Shown piece after piece: positions 52,520 to 64,000 of a DNA stretch of 64,000 nt. The stretch's first letter is position 1; the number at the start of each line of letters is the position of its first letter. Source of the DNA: Raillietiella orientalis. Its lineage: Eukaryota. The notes under the pieces are model-generated. The model worked only from the letters and a program-made list of their open reading frames with translations. It made no database searches and was not told where the DNA came from. The position numbers and the translations under genes were made by a program. The stretch is from NCBI GenBank assembly GCA_036172245.1, contig JAYWIR010000067.1, positions 124,001 to 188,000 of the forward strand, given 5' to 3'.

Positions 52520-55500
52520 TCAGGCGTACAACCCGACTGACTGCTTCCTTGCGATCTGCTTCCAGTAAGGGAGGGCGTAGAACTCCTCCTTGCTCATGCG
52601 GAAGATCTCCTGTCGGGAAAACAGGCGTGGGTTCGGGCGAAGGGGGGTGTTGCGCCCTCACCTGGAAGTCCTCGTTCCTCAGGAAGGCCTCCAGCATGGA
52701 CGGGATGACGCCCTCCGGCAGTGGCCTCCGCCGGAGCTCCTCGACCGCGTGGCTCCTGTTGAAGATGCGGGTGCACATAGTCTCCAAGTCCACCGGAGCG
52801 GGTGCGCTCTCTCCCGGCGGCGGGGGCGGGGGCCGAGGGAGGATTACGCCCGACGCCGCCGGCCCGTCCTCCCAGAGCGGGAAGAGGGCCTGGAACTCGA
52901 GAGGCTCCGCGCCGGCGCTGACCACCTTGGCGGACACCACGCCGCCCTTCTCGCGGCAGTACCTGAGGGCCGTCTGCAGCCCCACGCGGCGCAGAGCGTC
53001 CCAGCGCCGCTGAACGTCGCCCTGGTCGTAGCTGGACCCTTCCGAGCAGGGGTACCATCCCTGCCACACCCACACCTCGTCGCCGTCGTCGAGCAGGAAC
53101 AGCGCCGGCTGAGAGGCGCCATAGAGGTGCTCCTGCAGGAAAGGGTAAGGATCGACCACGGCCGGATCGACGTCTGGACGCCGGACTTCCTTCGCCAGCA
53201 GCTCGCCCGTGACCCCGGTCAGGTGCAGAAGACGTGGGGTGTAGTCGAACGGCTTGGGGCTGCCCAGGAGCGAATGGCGCTCTTGACCACGGCCGGGCTC
53301 CCGTGCTAGTCCTGCGGAGGAGGGAAACATGAAACGGAGGAAGGGGGTAGGAGGAGGACAGGTGCTTTCCTCCCCCCTCCTGGTCGCCCATCCCTGCCCT
53401 ACTCACCTCGCCAAAACTCCGGCGGCTCGCGGCCTTCCGCTATTTCGGTTAGGGCAGCCGGGCTGTCCCTCCGGCGCATCTGCTCAGGCGGGTTAGACAG
53501 CAGTTTGCCTGCGGCAGCCAGTGCCATCTGCAAGCAAGCGAGCGAGCGCAAGGTCATCCGTCGAACTCGGGGGTGGAGGGGGGTGGGTGCGGGAAAGACC
53601 AAAGGAGTGGGGAAGACGAAAAGGAGCAGAGGGTGTGTTCTCCCTTTCCCTGCCCCTTCTCACCTGTGCGAGGCGGTCCGGTGCCTTGGCGCCCCTCCAC
53701 ACATAGGCCGCCACCGCGCAGGAAGCGGGTGGGCACAGCACGAAGCAGGTCCTGCTGCGGAGGTGGCGCGCCGCAGGCGGCACCTCGATCAGCGACGCTT
53801 CGCAGGCGTGGGCGCCGGACACGCGGAACAGACGGTAGCGGGAGCGCCGGCCGAGGCGCTCGTCGTCGGCGACGGCGGACGGAGGGACGGCGGCAGAGGG
53901 GGAGAAGAGAATGAGGGCACCACCAAACATGCTGAGGAAGGCGGGAGGCTCCTCGCCCTGCTCGACGCAGACCTGCCGGAACTGCTGCCTCCCGCCCTCT
54001 GCCAGGTCCATGAGCGCCTTGGCGCCGTACCCGCGGGTGGTCTCGCAGCTGCGCCGGCCGTGCCATAGGAAGAAGACACCCTGGTCCCTGCCGGCGGAGA
54101 CGTGGGCGGACATCTCTCCCTTGAGGGTGCGGCCTGGGCAAGAGGGAGAACGGACGGACGGGAAGACCCTCCTCCTCCAAGGCCTGCGCCCCTTTCTCAC
54201 CTTTTTGTGAGACGGCGAACTCCCACAGGCACACGAACGTCCCGTCGTCGCGCAGGTGTGCCCGTCGTTCTGGCGGGAGCAGCTCGGTCTGCCGCTCCGT
54301 TACGCTCCACACGCGCACTTCCTTGGTAAGGACGTCGTAGTAGCGCCCCACCTTCGAGAGGAGAAGAGAAGAGGGCATGGAGGCTGGTGAAGGCCGCGCG
54401 CATTCCCGACAGGAAGGTGGGCGGGCGGAAGTCAACGCACCTCTCCGTCGAAGTGGCCACGTCCCCTGCCGACGTGGTGAAAGGATGCGTCCGAGCAGAA
54501 GTCCGAGGGGTCCGGAGGGGTTGGCTCCAGAAGGAGCCTAGCATCACATGGGACCATGTCCATGTCCGGGCTGATGTCTTTGTACTACGGGGACAGCAGA
54601 GGCTTGCTTTCAGTGCCAGAGAGAGGAAGCAAAGGGAGAGGCAGCAGAGGCTTCTTCCTCTTCCCTTGCCGGCCTTCCCGCACCCGCGCCCACAAACCTC
54701 TTTCAGCATATCCTTTTTCCTAAAGTCCCCGGGGATCCTGCCTTTGTGAGGCCAGTCATCGAACTTTTCCTTGAACAGCAGGGTCTCCATGTTCTGGCGC
54801 AGCCTGGCGAAGAGGCACCAGGGCGGGCGGGCGTTCACCCTCAGCGCATGGCGGTTGGACAGCAGGCTCGCGTTCAGGGGCGTGAACTCGCAGTCGCTGT
54901 AGTCGCAGCCGGCGTTCCACAGCTCGCGGGCAAGCAGGAGAGCGTCCCTGCGGGCCGGGCCAGCAGCCCGCTTGCCCATCCACACGTACAGCTCCGACCC
55001 GAAGTCGAATACCAGCACCTGCAACGTCGTCAGGCGGTGAAAGCGTCTTGCCGGAAACGCCTCCGTCTCCCCACCCGGCGCTCTGCTCACCTTGGACTCT
55101 TCCAGGAGCCGCACCTTCGGGAGAGCACCCCAGCCTTCCGCCACGGGTTGCAGCTCGCCTTCGCAGTACTCGTAGACCATGTTGGCGCTCGTCACCGCGG
55201 ACTCGTAGTGCTCGTCCTCGTCGTGGTAGGAGGCGGGTGCTGCGAAGAGAAAAAGAGTTCGACTCTGTTCGCACCCTCCTCCACCGGCGGTTGCATCCAG
55301 ACCCAAGTTACTACCCCGTAAGCCTCGCCACCGACCGCACTCCTCCCTCCCCACTCCACACCCCAGCCGGACTCCCCGAGCGCCGTTCCGTCGTCTTCCT
55401 CTGCCACGCTTGCCCGCTCCCGCTCGGACTCGACACCTCATCCTGCCATCCACATCCAGACGCCTCCCATCTTCCAGAGTGTGCCCGAAAAGTGACGGAG

Positions 55501-58500
55501 CGCACGCGGGCGGAGGCAGTGACGCCAGTGGCAAAGGGGTGAGAAAGGGGGGTTGGGAGAGTTACCACAAGGAACCACGGCTAACAGCTCGGTGGGATCC
55601 AAAAGCGTGCACGGTCAGAATTTTCCCTCCCCCTTCCCCCTCCTGCAGCCGGAGAGGTCGCTCTTTCGGCCGCTGCCCCGCGAGCGGGAAGGAGGAACTT
55701 GGCGGTTCCAATCAAGTCGACGTCGGGAGAGGCCAGCCGGTAGGGAAGGGGGGGGGGGGGGGGGGAGAGAAGCGCCACCGCAAGCGACCGAATTTCGAAC
55801 CGATTTTTCGAAAGGCGGCAGCGCCGTCCATTCCTTCCGGATGGGGACGGAAAAATAGAAAACCCCGCACCTTCGGAGGTTTGCGACGGGACCCCAAAAA
55901 ATTTGCGCCCGTGGATTCTCCGGCCGGCCTTTCCATTCCGACCGACACTTTGAACAGCCCGCTGAAGCGCGTTGGAATGCTTTCTGAAACAGGCCCGCGG
56001 CCCGCCGAGACACAAACGTTCCCCGTCACTGCTCCGACTGGATGGAATGGGAAAAATGGGAAAAGGAGGGAACAGACGGTAGGGATTTTTTTTTTTAGAA
56101 GAAAGAAAAATTTTCCTCTGGGAACAGGAAGGCAAGAGGAAGGACAGGAGAGAAGTGCTCCCGCTGCTTGCCCCCCCCCCCCCTTCCCCACTGGACGCCA
56201 GACCAGAAAATGCGCGACAGGAGGCGAATCGCCACGTGCCCGCGTGCGACCAGGAGGGCGTGTGGCGAGCGACACGGAGTGATAGGGGCGCTGAGGGATC
56301 GCCAGCAGGTGCGTCCGCGTGTGCGAAGGGAGGGGATGATGCATGTCCACGGGGATCCGCTTTCACTTTCCCCTCCAGCGCTACAGAGTTCGCTCACCAG
56401 GTTGGCTGCTCGAGCTGCCTCCCAGACTGCTCCAGAACTTCTCCCGGAGGGCGGAGTAATGCGGCTGGTTTTCTTCCTCCAGCAGCGCGAAAGACGAGGC
56501 GCGGCATCCAAGGTCCTTGAAGTGCACGACGTCCCTGACGAACTGCAGCCCTCTGTTCCGTTCTGTGACGTTGGAGAAACGGCCGACCCAATAAAACACC
56601 TGCGGCGGCGGGAATGGTGGCCGGGGCTCGCCGGCGGCGACAGGGAACGCCGGACTCACCTCGTCTGGGGTCACCAGGATGTAGTTGTCCCCGTTGTTGA
56701 TGGTGTCGCAGGTGGGTTCGATCAGGCGTATCTGAACGTGCCGCCTCCCCTTCACCTGGATAAGCATCAGCTGCTGGTACGGAAGCTGAGGACGAGGAGA
56801 TGATAGCAAAGAGGGAGAGAAAGAAAGAAGGGGGTGGGATGCCGCCAGCATCTTCCCGCCCTTCCGAGGGCCGCTCACTAACCTCGGCGGTCACTCGAGG
56901 CGGCGCCACCGTTCCGGCGGAGGAGCGGATCTCCGCGGAGCGGGTTCGTATGTCATCCAAGGTTATGACTGCCGTCTTCTCGAGAACGGGACGGCGGCGG
57001 TCGGGTGTCCCTGAAACAGGGAAGGGAAAACGAGGGCACTCTCTGGACCCCTTTCCCCTGGAACGAGCCCGCGCGCACGTGGCAGGAGCAGGGAGGATCA
57101 GCTCACCTTTTTCCCTGGAGCCATCACGGACCTCCGGCACCTCGTACAGAGCGAACACGTCCTGGCGGTCGGCCAGGCTGCGGACCGGGTTCCTGACACC
57201 GCGGGAGCACCGCTTCGGCGCGGGGGTGCTCTTCTTCGCCCATAGCCTGAGGCACCCGTTCAAGCGCCGCGCCGAAGCCAAGCGACTTTACAGTTCGGTG
57301 GCGCCTGCGCCCACTTGGTCCAACACGGCGGCGTCCAGGGGATCTTCCTCGGGTCCTCCTCTGTCGCGGGGCGGCTCCTTCGGTCGCGCCTCGAAGAAGC
57401 TAGAGAACGTCTCATCCATGATGTCGCGCACGCCGACTAGCGCCGCCTTCTCCCTCTTCCCGGCCTCGACGTCGCCCGCGGACACCGCCGCGCCATCTGG
57501 GTGAGGAGCATACGGCCTGTTCGCCGTCATTCGACGCACCGGGCTCCCCCCGTCACTCACCACCGTCCTTGCTGCTGCCGTCGCGTTCAGGGATGATCGC
57601 CGTCGTCAGCGGAGGCGGCGGCGAGTCCTGGCGGCCGCCGTCCCCGCCAGAGGAAGAGGAAGAGGAGGAGGAGGAGGAGGAGGAGGGATCCGTAGCGTTC
57701 TCCTGCTTCTCCTCCTCCTCCGCGGGTCGGCCTTCTTCGCCTAAGATGGATGCGCCGGCGGCGACGACGACGGCGCTATCCGACCACCGCTGCGGACCTG
57801 CGCGCCGCGGGAACAGCGTGAAGAACTCCCGCCAGAGAGGAGGCCCCGTACTGTGCCTGGGGAACTTCCGGATCCTCGGCGTCAGACTGGTCTTCTCCTT
57901 GATGTTGCGGAAGCTGTCTCTGAGGAGGAACGAGGAGGAAGAGGATGCCTGCTGCTGCGACGCCCTCTCCATCTTGCCAGCCACGGTGAAGTCGTCGACA
58001 TCCTTTTTCTGCACGCGCGCCTTCCAGTCCTCCTCGCGCGAATAAATGGTGGCGATCCTTTCCTTGAGGCTGGTAGAGCCTCCATGGAAGGGTGCGCTCT
58101 GCAAGGGCCCGAAAACTCCCGTGAGGCTGGCAGAAGGTTTTCCCGGCTTCTTCCCACGCGCGAAAAGAGTCTCGGGAGGCGGAGGGCAGCTCCGTCGCCT
58201 TCCGAGAACCGCATTCGGTCGGAACGCGAGGACGGCTGAAAGTGGACCAACGGCCCCCTGCCGGATCAGAGGGCAAGGAAGGGAAGGGCCGTGCTCAGGG
58301 CGGTCAAGATGGGCGAAGAGCTGCTGCTGCTGCTCCCGCGGCGAAAGGAACCCAAAGAGGGGGGACTCATTCCCCGTTCGACAGCACGAAGCTGTCGCTG
58401 GGCCTCCGTTGAAACGACGGAGGAGCCAGCTGGACCACTCCTTCCTGTTCTTTTCTTCTCCAGCCCACATCGCCAAACGGCGGCGGCAGGATGGGCGTGG

Positions 58501-61102
58501 AAGGTAAGGAAGGGGGGGGGGGGAGAGAAAAGGCGGAGAAAAAGGAAGGGAGAAAAGGCGGAACAACTCCCGCTCCTCGTCATGGGATCGGGCAGGTCGT
58601 TTCCGGGAGAGGAGGATGCCCTCTCTTCCTCCTCCTCCCATCCCTTCTCTGTCCTCTCCTCACATTCGCGCCAACACGAGGAGCTCCATTTCTTGCAGAG
58701 TCGAGTTGGCGGGACGGCGGTGCTGCGAAGTTTCCCGTCGACGAGGATCCCGGATTCCTCGCCCACCAGGCAGGTACGGAGCAGGGCTGCGCACGCACAC
58801 GCCGAGTTCCTCTTCCTCCCCCCCCCTCCTCCACTCCGTCCTCCGCGGCTCCAAACCCACCACCGTCGATCGCAGAGGGGGCAGTGGCGACGGTCTTCCG
58901 GGCGCGGGACCGACGTTCTCCTAGCGGGTCACCCCTGGGCAAGCCGAGCGAACCAACGGCCTCCCGGGACGAATAGGCGCCCCCCCCCCCCCTATCCGAA
59001 CTCGTCTTGCTCTCAGCGCGCAGGTGCGCGCTGCAAACGGGAGCAGCCGCGCGCGGCGCTGGCGAGGAGCGGCCACCTTCTTCCACCGACCCGCATGCGC
59101 AGTGCAGTGCCGGGCGCTGTGCACGTGGATCAGCGCAGCCCAGAGTCCGCGCGATTCGACCGCCGCTCCGCCTTCCCACATGCCTCTCCCCCCCCTCGGT
59201 GTCGAAGGTCGGCCGCGCCAGGAAGTGCCGCGGCGTGATCGAAGGCGAGACCGAGACTCCTCTTCCCGCGTAAGCATCTTGCGCTTCCCCTTTCTCTCCT
59301 TTCTTTCTCGCTGTCTCCTTTGACCACAGAGGTGGCCACTGCTGGGGATGCGGAGCTAGGTCAAGCCCGCGGACGCAACGAACACCGCGAGAACACGGTC
59401 ATGCCCTTCGGCGGTCGGCCCGCGCGTCGTTTTCCCGCGCGGACCCCACTTTGGCTCGCGACCTTGGATGGGGTCCTCTCCGGGCGGGAACTCCCTTGCA
59501 ATTCCTCCCGCCTCCCATGGCCTTGGCGGAAATCCCCGCCCACTGGCCACGTCTCGCTCCCTTCCCGTCCCTCCCGTGCGCGGCCTTGGAGCGGATGCTG
59601 ACGAGTCAGATACCGCGAGGCGGCTTCCGCGGCGCAGACCAAGAAATCCGCACCAGCCAGGGCCTTTCGAGAGGGACGAGGGTAGTCCGCGGAAGAGACC
59701 AAAGGGGAGCGCGCTTCTCCTCTTCCCAAGACGCGGGGCAGCTCAGCAGGGTTACCATGGCAGCGCTCGGAGCTCGTCCACCACACAGCCGAGATGGTGG
59801 GGGGGGGGGGGGGAGTTCTCTGGAGGCAGAGGCTTTGTGAGGCAAATCCCACACACCCGGCGGGGGTAATGGGGACGGAGCTCTCGCCACCGCCTTAAAT
59901 CTGATTCCGTGTCCTTGGAGCCACGGCCAGCGACTGGATTCCCCTCACGAGTCATGGCCGCCCAAAGAGGGGTAGGGGGAATCAGGGTGCCGGCCGGCGC
60001 GTACAACTCCCTGCTGCCGCCTACCTCCCTACGGCCCATCCCGTGCCACCCCCGGGGACGCCAAGCGGGCGAAAAAGGACAGGGAGAGACTTCTGCTCCC
60101 GTTCCCACGGAAGCACCGGGGAACGGGGGGCAGCGGGCTTCGGCCACCTGATCCCCAGCACCAAGCTGGCGACTCTCGCGACCTCGGGGCACCGCCAGGG
60201 TGACGTGCGCGTGCCGCGAGCTTCGCTTCCTTCCTCCGCGGTCCACGCATCGGGGAACCACGACGTTCTCCCCAGGGTTCGGCCGCCGCGGAACGCCTCT
60301 CACCTTGAAGGTTAGGGCGCCATCTTGCTGACTCTCCTCCGCGGAAGGGCTGTCGGACTCCAGCACGCTGACGGAGGCGACCTCCGGTGACCTCGACGAG
60401 CTCACCCGCTTCAGCCACTCAGTCTCGCCGCACTGCCTTAGGGCCTCCACCCTGGGGAAGCCAAGCGTCATTACGAGAGGGGGAGGGCGCCTTCGGCGGG
60501 AGGGAGGCCCCTGCACAACGGGCAGGGGGAGGAGGAAGAGGCCCGATGCAAGAGGATGGCCAACCTGACAGGGTCATGCGCGCGCAAAAAAAAAAAAAAA
60601 AAAAGGCCAAACAGCAGGTCACCTCGTGTTCAGCCTGGGGGAGTTATCGAGGCAACAGTCTTTGTCATGCTTGCTGATGCGCTTCCTCCAGTCCACTTCA
60701 CAGGAACGGCGCAATGCGCTGAGCCTGCAACATGCCATGCTGTTAGAAGGAACCAGGCGCGCGCTGGGGGGGGGGGGGGGGGGGAACGAAAGCGAAGAGA
60801 AAGAGCGAGGTCAGAAGGGCAAGCAGCTCGTGAGGCAGCGGCAGAAGAGGGACGAGGGAAGGCAGGAGGAGGAGGATTGGTGTGGCGGCATACACACCCT
60901 CCCCTGCGCTGGAAGCGAAACGAAAGCTGCGCGAGGGAGCGAAAAGGACGAGGAAGGCAACGAAGCGGGGTGGGGGGGGCAGAGAGGCGCTCCTGACCTT
61001 GAGGAGATGCCGAAACCCAGTTTTTCTTCTTGGATGTCGCTCTTCCCTCGTTCGTCTGTGGCTGGAGGCGGCTGCTGCGGCGAGGCGGAGACTTCCTCGT
61101 TG
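52520..61102 (-). CDS. SVIL: Supervillin (gelsolin/villin repeats plus C-terminal villin headpiece); 5' end not resolved
   Basis: Minus-strand exons 61102-60998, 60451-60304 (ISSRVEALRQCGETEWLKRV across the join), 58098-57561 (SLKERIATIYSREEDWKARV..FTVAGKM; possibly split by a 54-nt in-frame intron), 57496-57292 (DETFSSFF), 57246-57107 (RNPVRSLADRQD), 57010-56883, 56785-56660 (LPYQQLMLIQVKGRRHVQIRLIEP), 56599-56398, 55239-55091, 55018-54698 (VLVFDFGSELYVWMGK..ETLLFKEKFDDWP), 54584-54441, 54351-54201, 54133-53664, 53527-53407, 53311-52662 (YPFLQEHLYGASQPALFLLDDGDEVWVWQGW), 52609-52520 (FRMSKEEFYALPYWKQIARKQSVGLYA*). GT-AG introns with consistent phases. Confidence 0.93.
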
Positions 61103-62952
61103 CTAAGGGGGAGGGGAAAAGGGAAAAAAGAAAAACACTTTTAGCGGGGAAGGAGGAAGAAGAGGGGGGGGGGGGTTGCGAGGTGGCTGGGAAGAAAAAG
61201 ACTCTTGTGAGAACGGACACGTGACCGACGAACCGACGACCACAAAGGTCCCTTCTCCTTCCACCTCTCTCCCCTCACGTCCTTCGCGCGACCCCGGAAG
61301 CGCTTGAAGACGACAGACCGCGGCGCAGGCCGACGTGGCCCTGAATGCGCGCCCGCCGAACCCCACTGGGGGGACATTTTCCTCACTTTCCCGAAAGCGA
61401 GAGTTAAGTCCCGGCCCCGGTAAGGACATCTGGATCTGCGCCGCAAAAGCTGCCTCGCAGCATCCCTGTTTTTCGGCGATTCCGAAGGAACGGAAGCAGA
61501 AATTTCCCTCCCTTTTTTTCGCTTGCTTGGCACCCCCGCCGGCGGCAAGGAGGCTCACGAAGTCACGGTCAGGCCGGAAGACCCCCCTTCCCCTCCCTGG
61601 GCCACCAGTGCCTGGAATGTTGGCTGGGCATCGGTGGGACGGAAGCACCTACCGACGTTTTCCTTTCCTCACTGTGCATCCACTTATCTGTCCACCTGCC
61701 TACTTTTTTCCCCTGCTAAAGTGCTTCGAGGAAGGGAAAGACGCCGCCTGGACACTTCCCTCCGGGAAACAGCAACGCGAAGCGGGAAGAGAAGCGACTA
61801 CACAGAAAGGATGGGAAGAACCATCGCGCGCTCCTTCAGTCCCCTCCCCCCCTTCCCCGTGCGCCGGCTGAGAGTCGCTCTCGATCGGCCAGTCTTGAGG
61901 AGACGGTCCGACGCGGTACCCCTGCATCCGGGGGAAACGCAGCAATGCAGGAGGTTGAGAAGCGGCTTCGACCTCGGTGGGTGCCGAAAAAGTCGCAAGC
62001 GTGCGGAGAGAGGGGAGCGAACCCCCGCGCGTCATCCAGGGCGCGCACTTCACTGGACCCGGGGGATGTGTGAACCCAAGTCGTGCCTGGCGCGGGGAAC
62101 GTGAATCTCTCTCCCGCACCTACTTGTAGACTGTGCTGCCCTCCGGACCCCGTGATTGCATTTCGCAACGGCCCTCCGTACCGCGGGCCGGAGCCTCCGT
62201 ACCAACCCCAGGGACGTTTTACAGCTCCTCTCTGTGCGGCCAGCAGCCTCCCTAGCAGCAGCCTCTCTGCTGCCTACGCGAGGTCCTGCCTCTCTGCCGC
62301 CTGGAGCGAAGCAAGCGGAGGACGGAGCAACGGGGCTGCCACATCCACTTTGCCGTCCACTTCCCCGCTTCGTCCGCTTGAGATGGCCCAACTACATGCA
62401 GGGAGAACTTGCCAGCATCCCCGAAAGGATGCAGAGGCCTGCCCCCAGTAGAACGTGACCCCTTCCCTTACTACCATCCCTTCCCCAAATTTATTTATTT
62501 ATTTTTATTTTTTGTTTGCCTCCTCCGCTATGCAGCCGAGGCGGACCCCACCGGTCTGCGTACCGGCGACCTAGCAGGTTCCTTTTGAAGTGGACGTGGC
62601 TGGACCACCGATCTTACCACAAGAATGGTCAATGTTTATCTCATTCCTCAAACGCCTCGTCGCACCCGGGTGAAAATCCAGTGCGCGCACCGAGCAGCGG
62701 AGTCCTCCGTCTACGGGTAGCGGTGCTCCTCCCTCCCTCTCGCGAGACGCGCCTCTCCGCCACATTTCGTTCTTGCCCCTACGCAGCAACCGGGAGCAGG
62801 AGCTACCCGCCCCGATGACGACTACGAGGTTCGGCGGAACGGCCTCGTCAAAACCGTCAAGTACCGAGGTTTTAAAGAGTCCGTTCCGCCGTGACGGAGC
62901 CGAACCTCAGAGTCGTCATCGGGGCTGGTGGCTCCTGCTCCCGTTTATGACA

Positions 62953-62978
62953 ATCATCATCATCATCATCATCATCAT
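62953..62978. repeat. (ATC)n microsatellite
   Basis: atcatcatcatcatcatcatcatcat. Confidence 0.9.
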
Positions 62979-64000
62979 TACTACTTCCATTGACTGAGCG
63001 CGTGGTGGAGGGGGGAAGCTCCGTTTTCGGTTCTCGGGGTGGTCCGCAGTCACAGAAGCACCCTCACGGCAACGACGGCCAGCGAACATGGCGGCCGCGG
63101 CGGTGCAGAGACAGAGTTCGGCGCCGACGGATGTTCGGCACCGACCACGTGCCTTGCCGGGCACGGCTCAAGCACGGCTCTGTACAAATGTCGCATGCGG
63201 CGGGGGAGTACACCGCCGGTGAGGCAGACCCCGAGGCGCTGACCCTTCGGAAGGCGGGAACGAGTGAAAGGGCGGTGGCGCCACCGATGACGGCGCGCGC
63301 GTCCAAGGCAGACGCGCGGTGGTCCCACCGAGTACGGACGGACCCGTGGTTTGCCGGGGCAGTGACACGGAACGAAACCCTAGGGCGCTTCGTTCTGTGA
63401 CCGGAAAGCTCCTGACCCCCGAGGGAGGGGGAAGGGGGGGGATCTCCCCGAAGACAGAGTCACTTGAAACTGACACCTGACTCCCGGGTCAAGGGAATCT
63501 GTTGCATTGCTGAACCCTTGGAGAGCCATCAATCTTCCCTGTCATTCGAGGCAGAAGCTTCCCGGGGAAAGACTTGAAATTCGTCCCCTGGTCTCGTGCC
63601 GGGGCCCGAAGACTCTGCGTGTGAAAGCGCGCCCTCTTCCCAGAGAGGAAGCCACAGTCGAGACAGGACGATTCCTTCGGGAGCGGCAGGGAACCTCTTG
63701 TCGGGGCGGAGCAGGTCGGGTTCGCCTTCGGAGGGAGGAAGACCCGGAAACGCGCCAGAATTTTTTTTTTTTTTTTTCCCGTCATTCCGCTCGTTTGCCG
63801 AAAGAAGCGGGCGGAAGCAGCTGCTGCTACTCGGCGACGAACGAAGAGCCAGTTCCGAGTAGGACGGCACCGAAATACGGGGGGGTAGGAGGGAGGGAGG
63901 GAAGGAAAGTGGGGGTGGAGGGGAGGTGCACTGCCCACGGACAGCGAGCCCAGCCGAAGCGATGCCTGAGCCCTCTGACCGCCGTCGCCCTCTGCGTCAT

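Noticed and set aside
54707..54717. U12-like ATATCCTTT donor (also GTATCCTTC at 21179)
   Set aside because: The first is antisense within a supervillin exon; the second has no exon context.
1..64000. Hundreds of long overlapping ORFs (e.g. 15656-17419 587 aa, 3156-4469 437 aa, 49403-50776 457 aa, 12669-13823 384 aa)
   Set aside because: Arg/Pro/Gly/Ser-rich, low-complexity translations expected from GC-rich intronic DNA; no recognisable domains apart from the parts overlapping real exons.
1..64000. CRISPR array, operons or prokaryotic defence systems
   Set aside because: No regularly spaced repeats; the genes are intron-containing animal genes.

Overview
Eukaryotic (animal, most likely arthropod) genomic DNA, not prokaryotic; most six-frame ORFs are artefacts of high GC content. 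Three spliced genes can be reconstructed with phase-consistent GT-AG junctions: a CCAP (crustacean cardioactive peptide) receptor-type GPCR (+, 4131-20057, first exon unresolved), a TOX/TOX4-like HMG-box gene (+, 37139-40299) and supervillin (-, 52520-61102, 5' end unresolved). A fourth multi-exon gene (+, ~45329-51.4k) is not evident from the ORF track. It resembles FIRRM/C1orf112 by eye, carries a consensus U12 (minor spliceosome) 5' splice site at 49769, and its model does not close cleanly after that site. A ~0.6-0.7 kb tRNA-headed SINE-like repeat occurs in at least 4 diverged copies. There are also several near-perfect hairpins, an intronic direct repeat, and AT-rich/CpG-poor islands at the apparent 5' ends of genes. 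All homology calls are from memory of the protein families; no searches were run. I found no firm evidence for a wholly new biological system.
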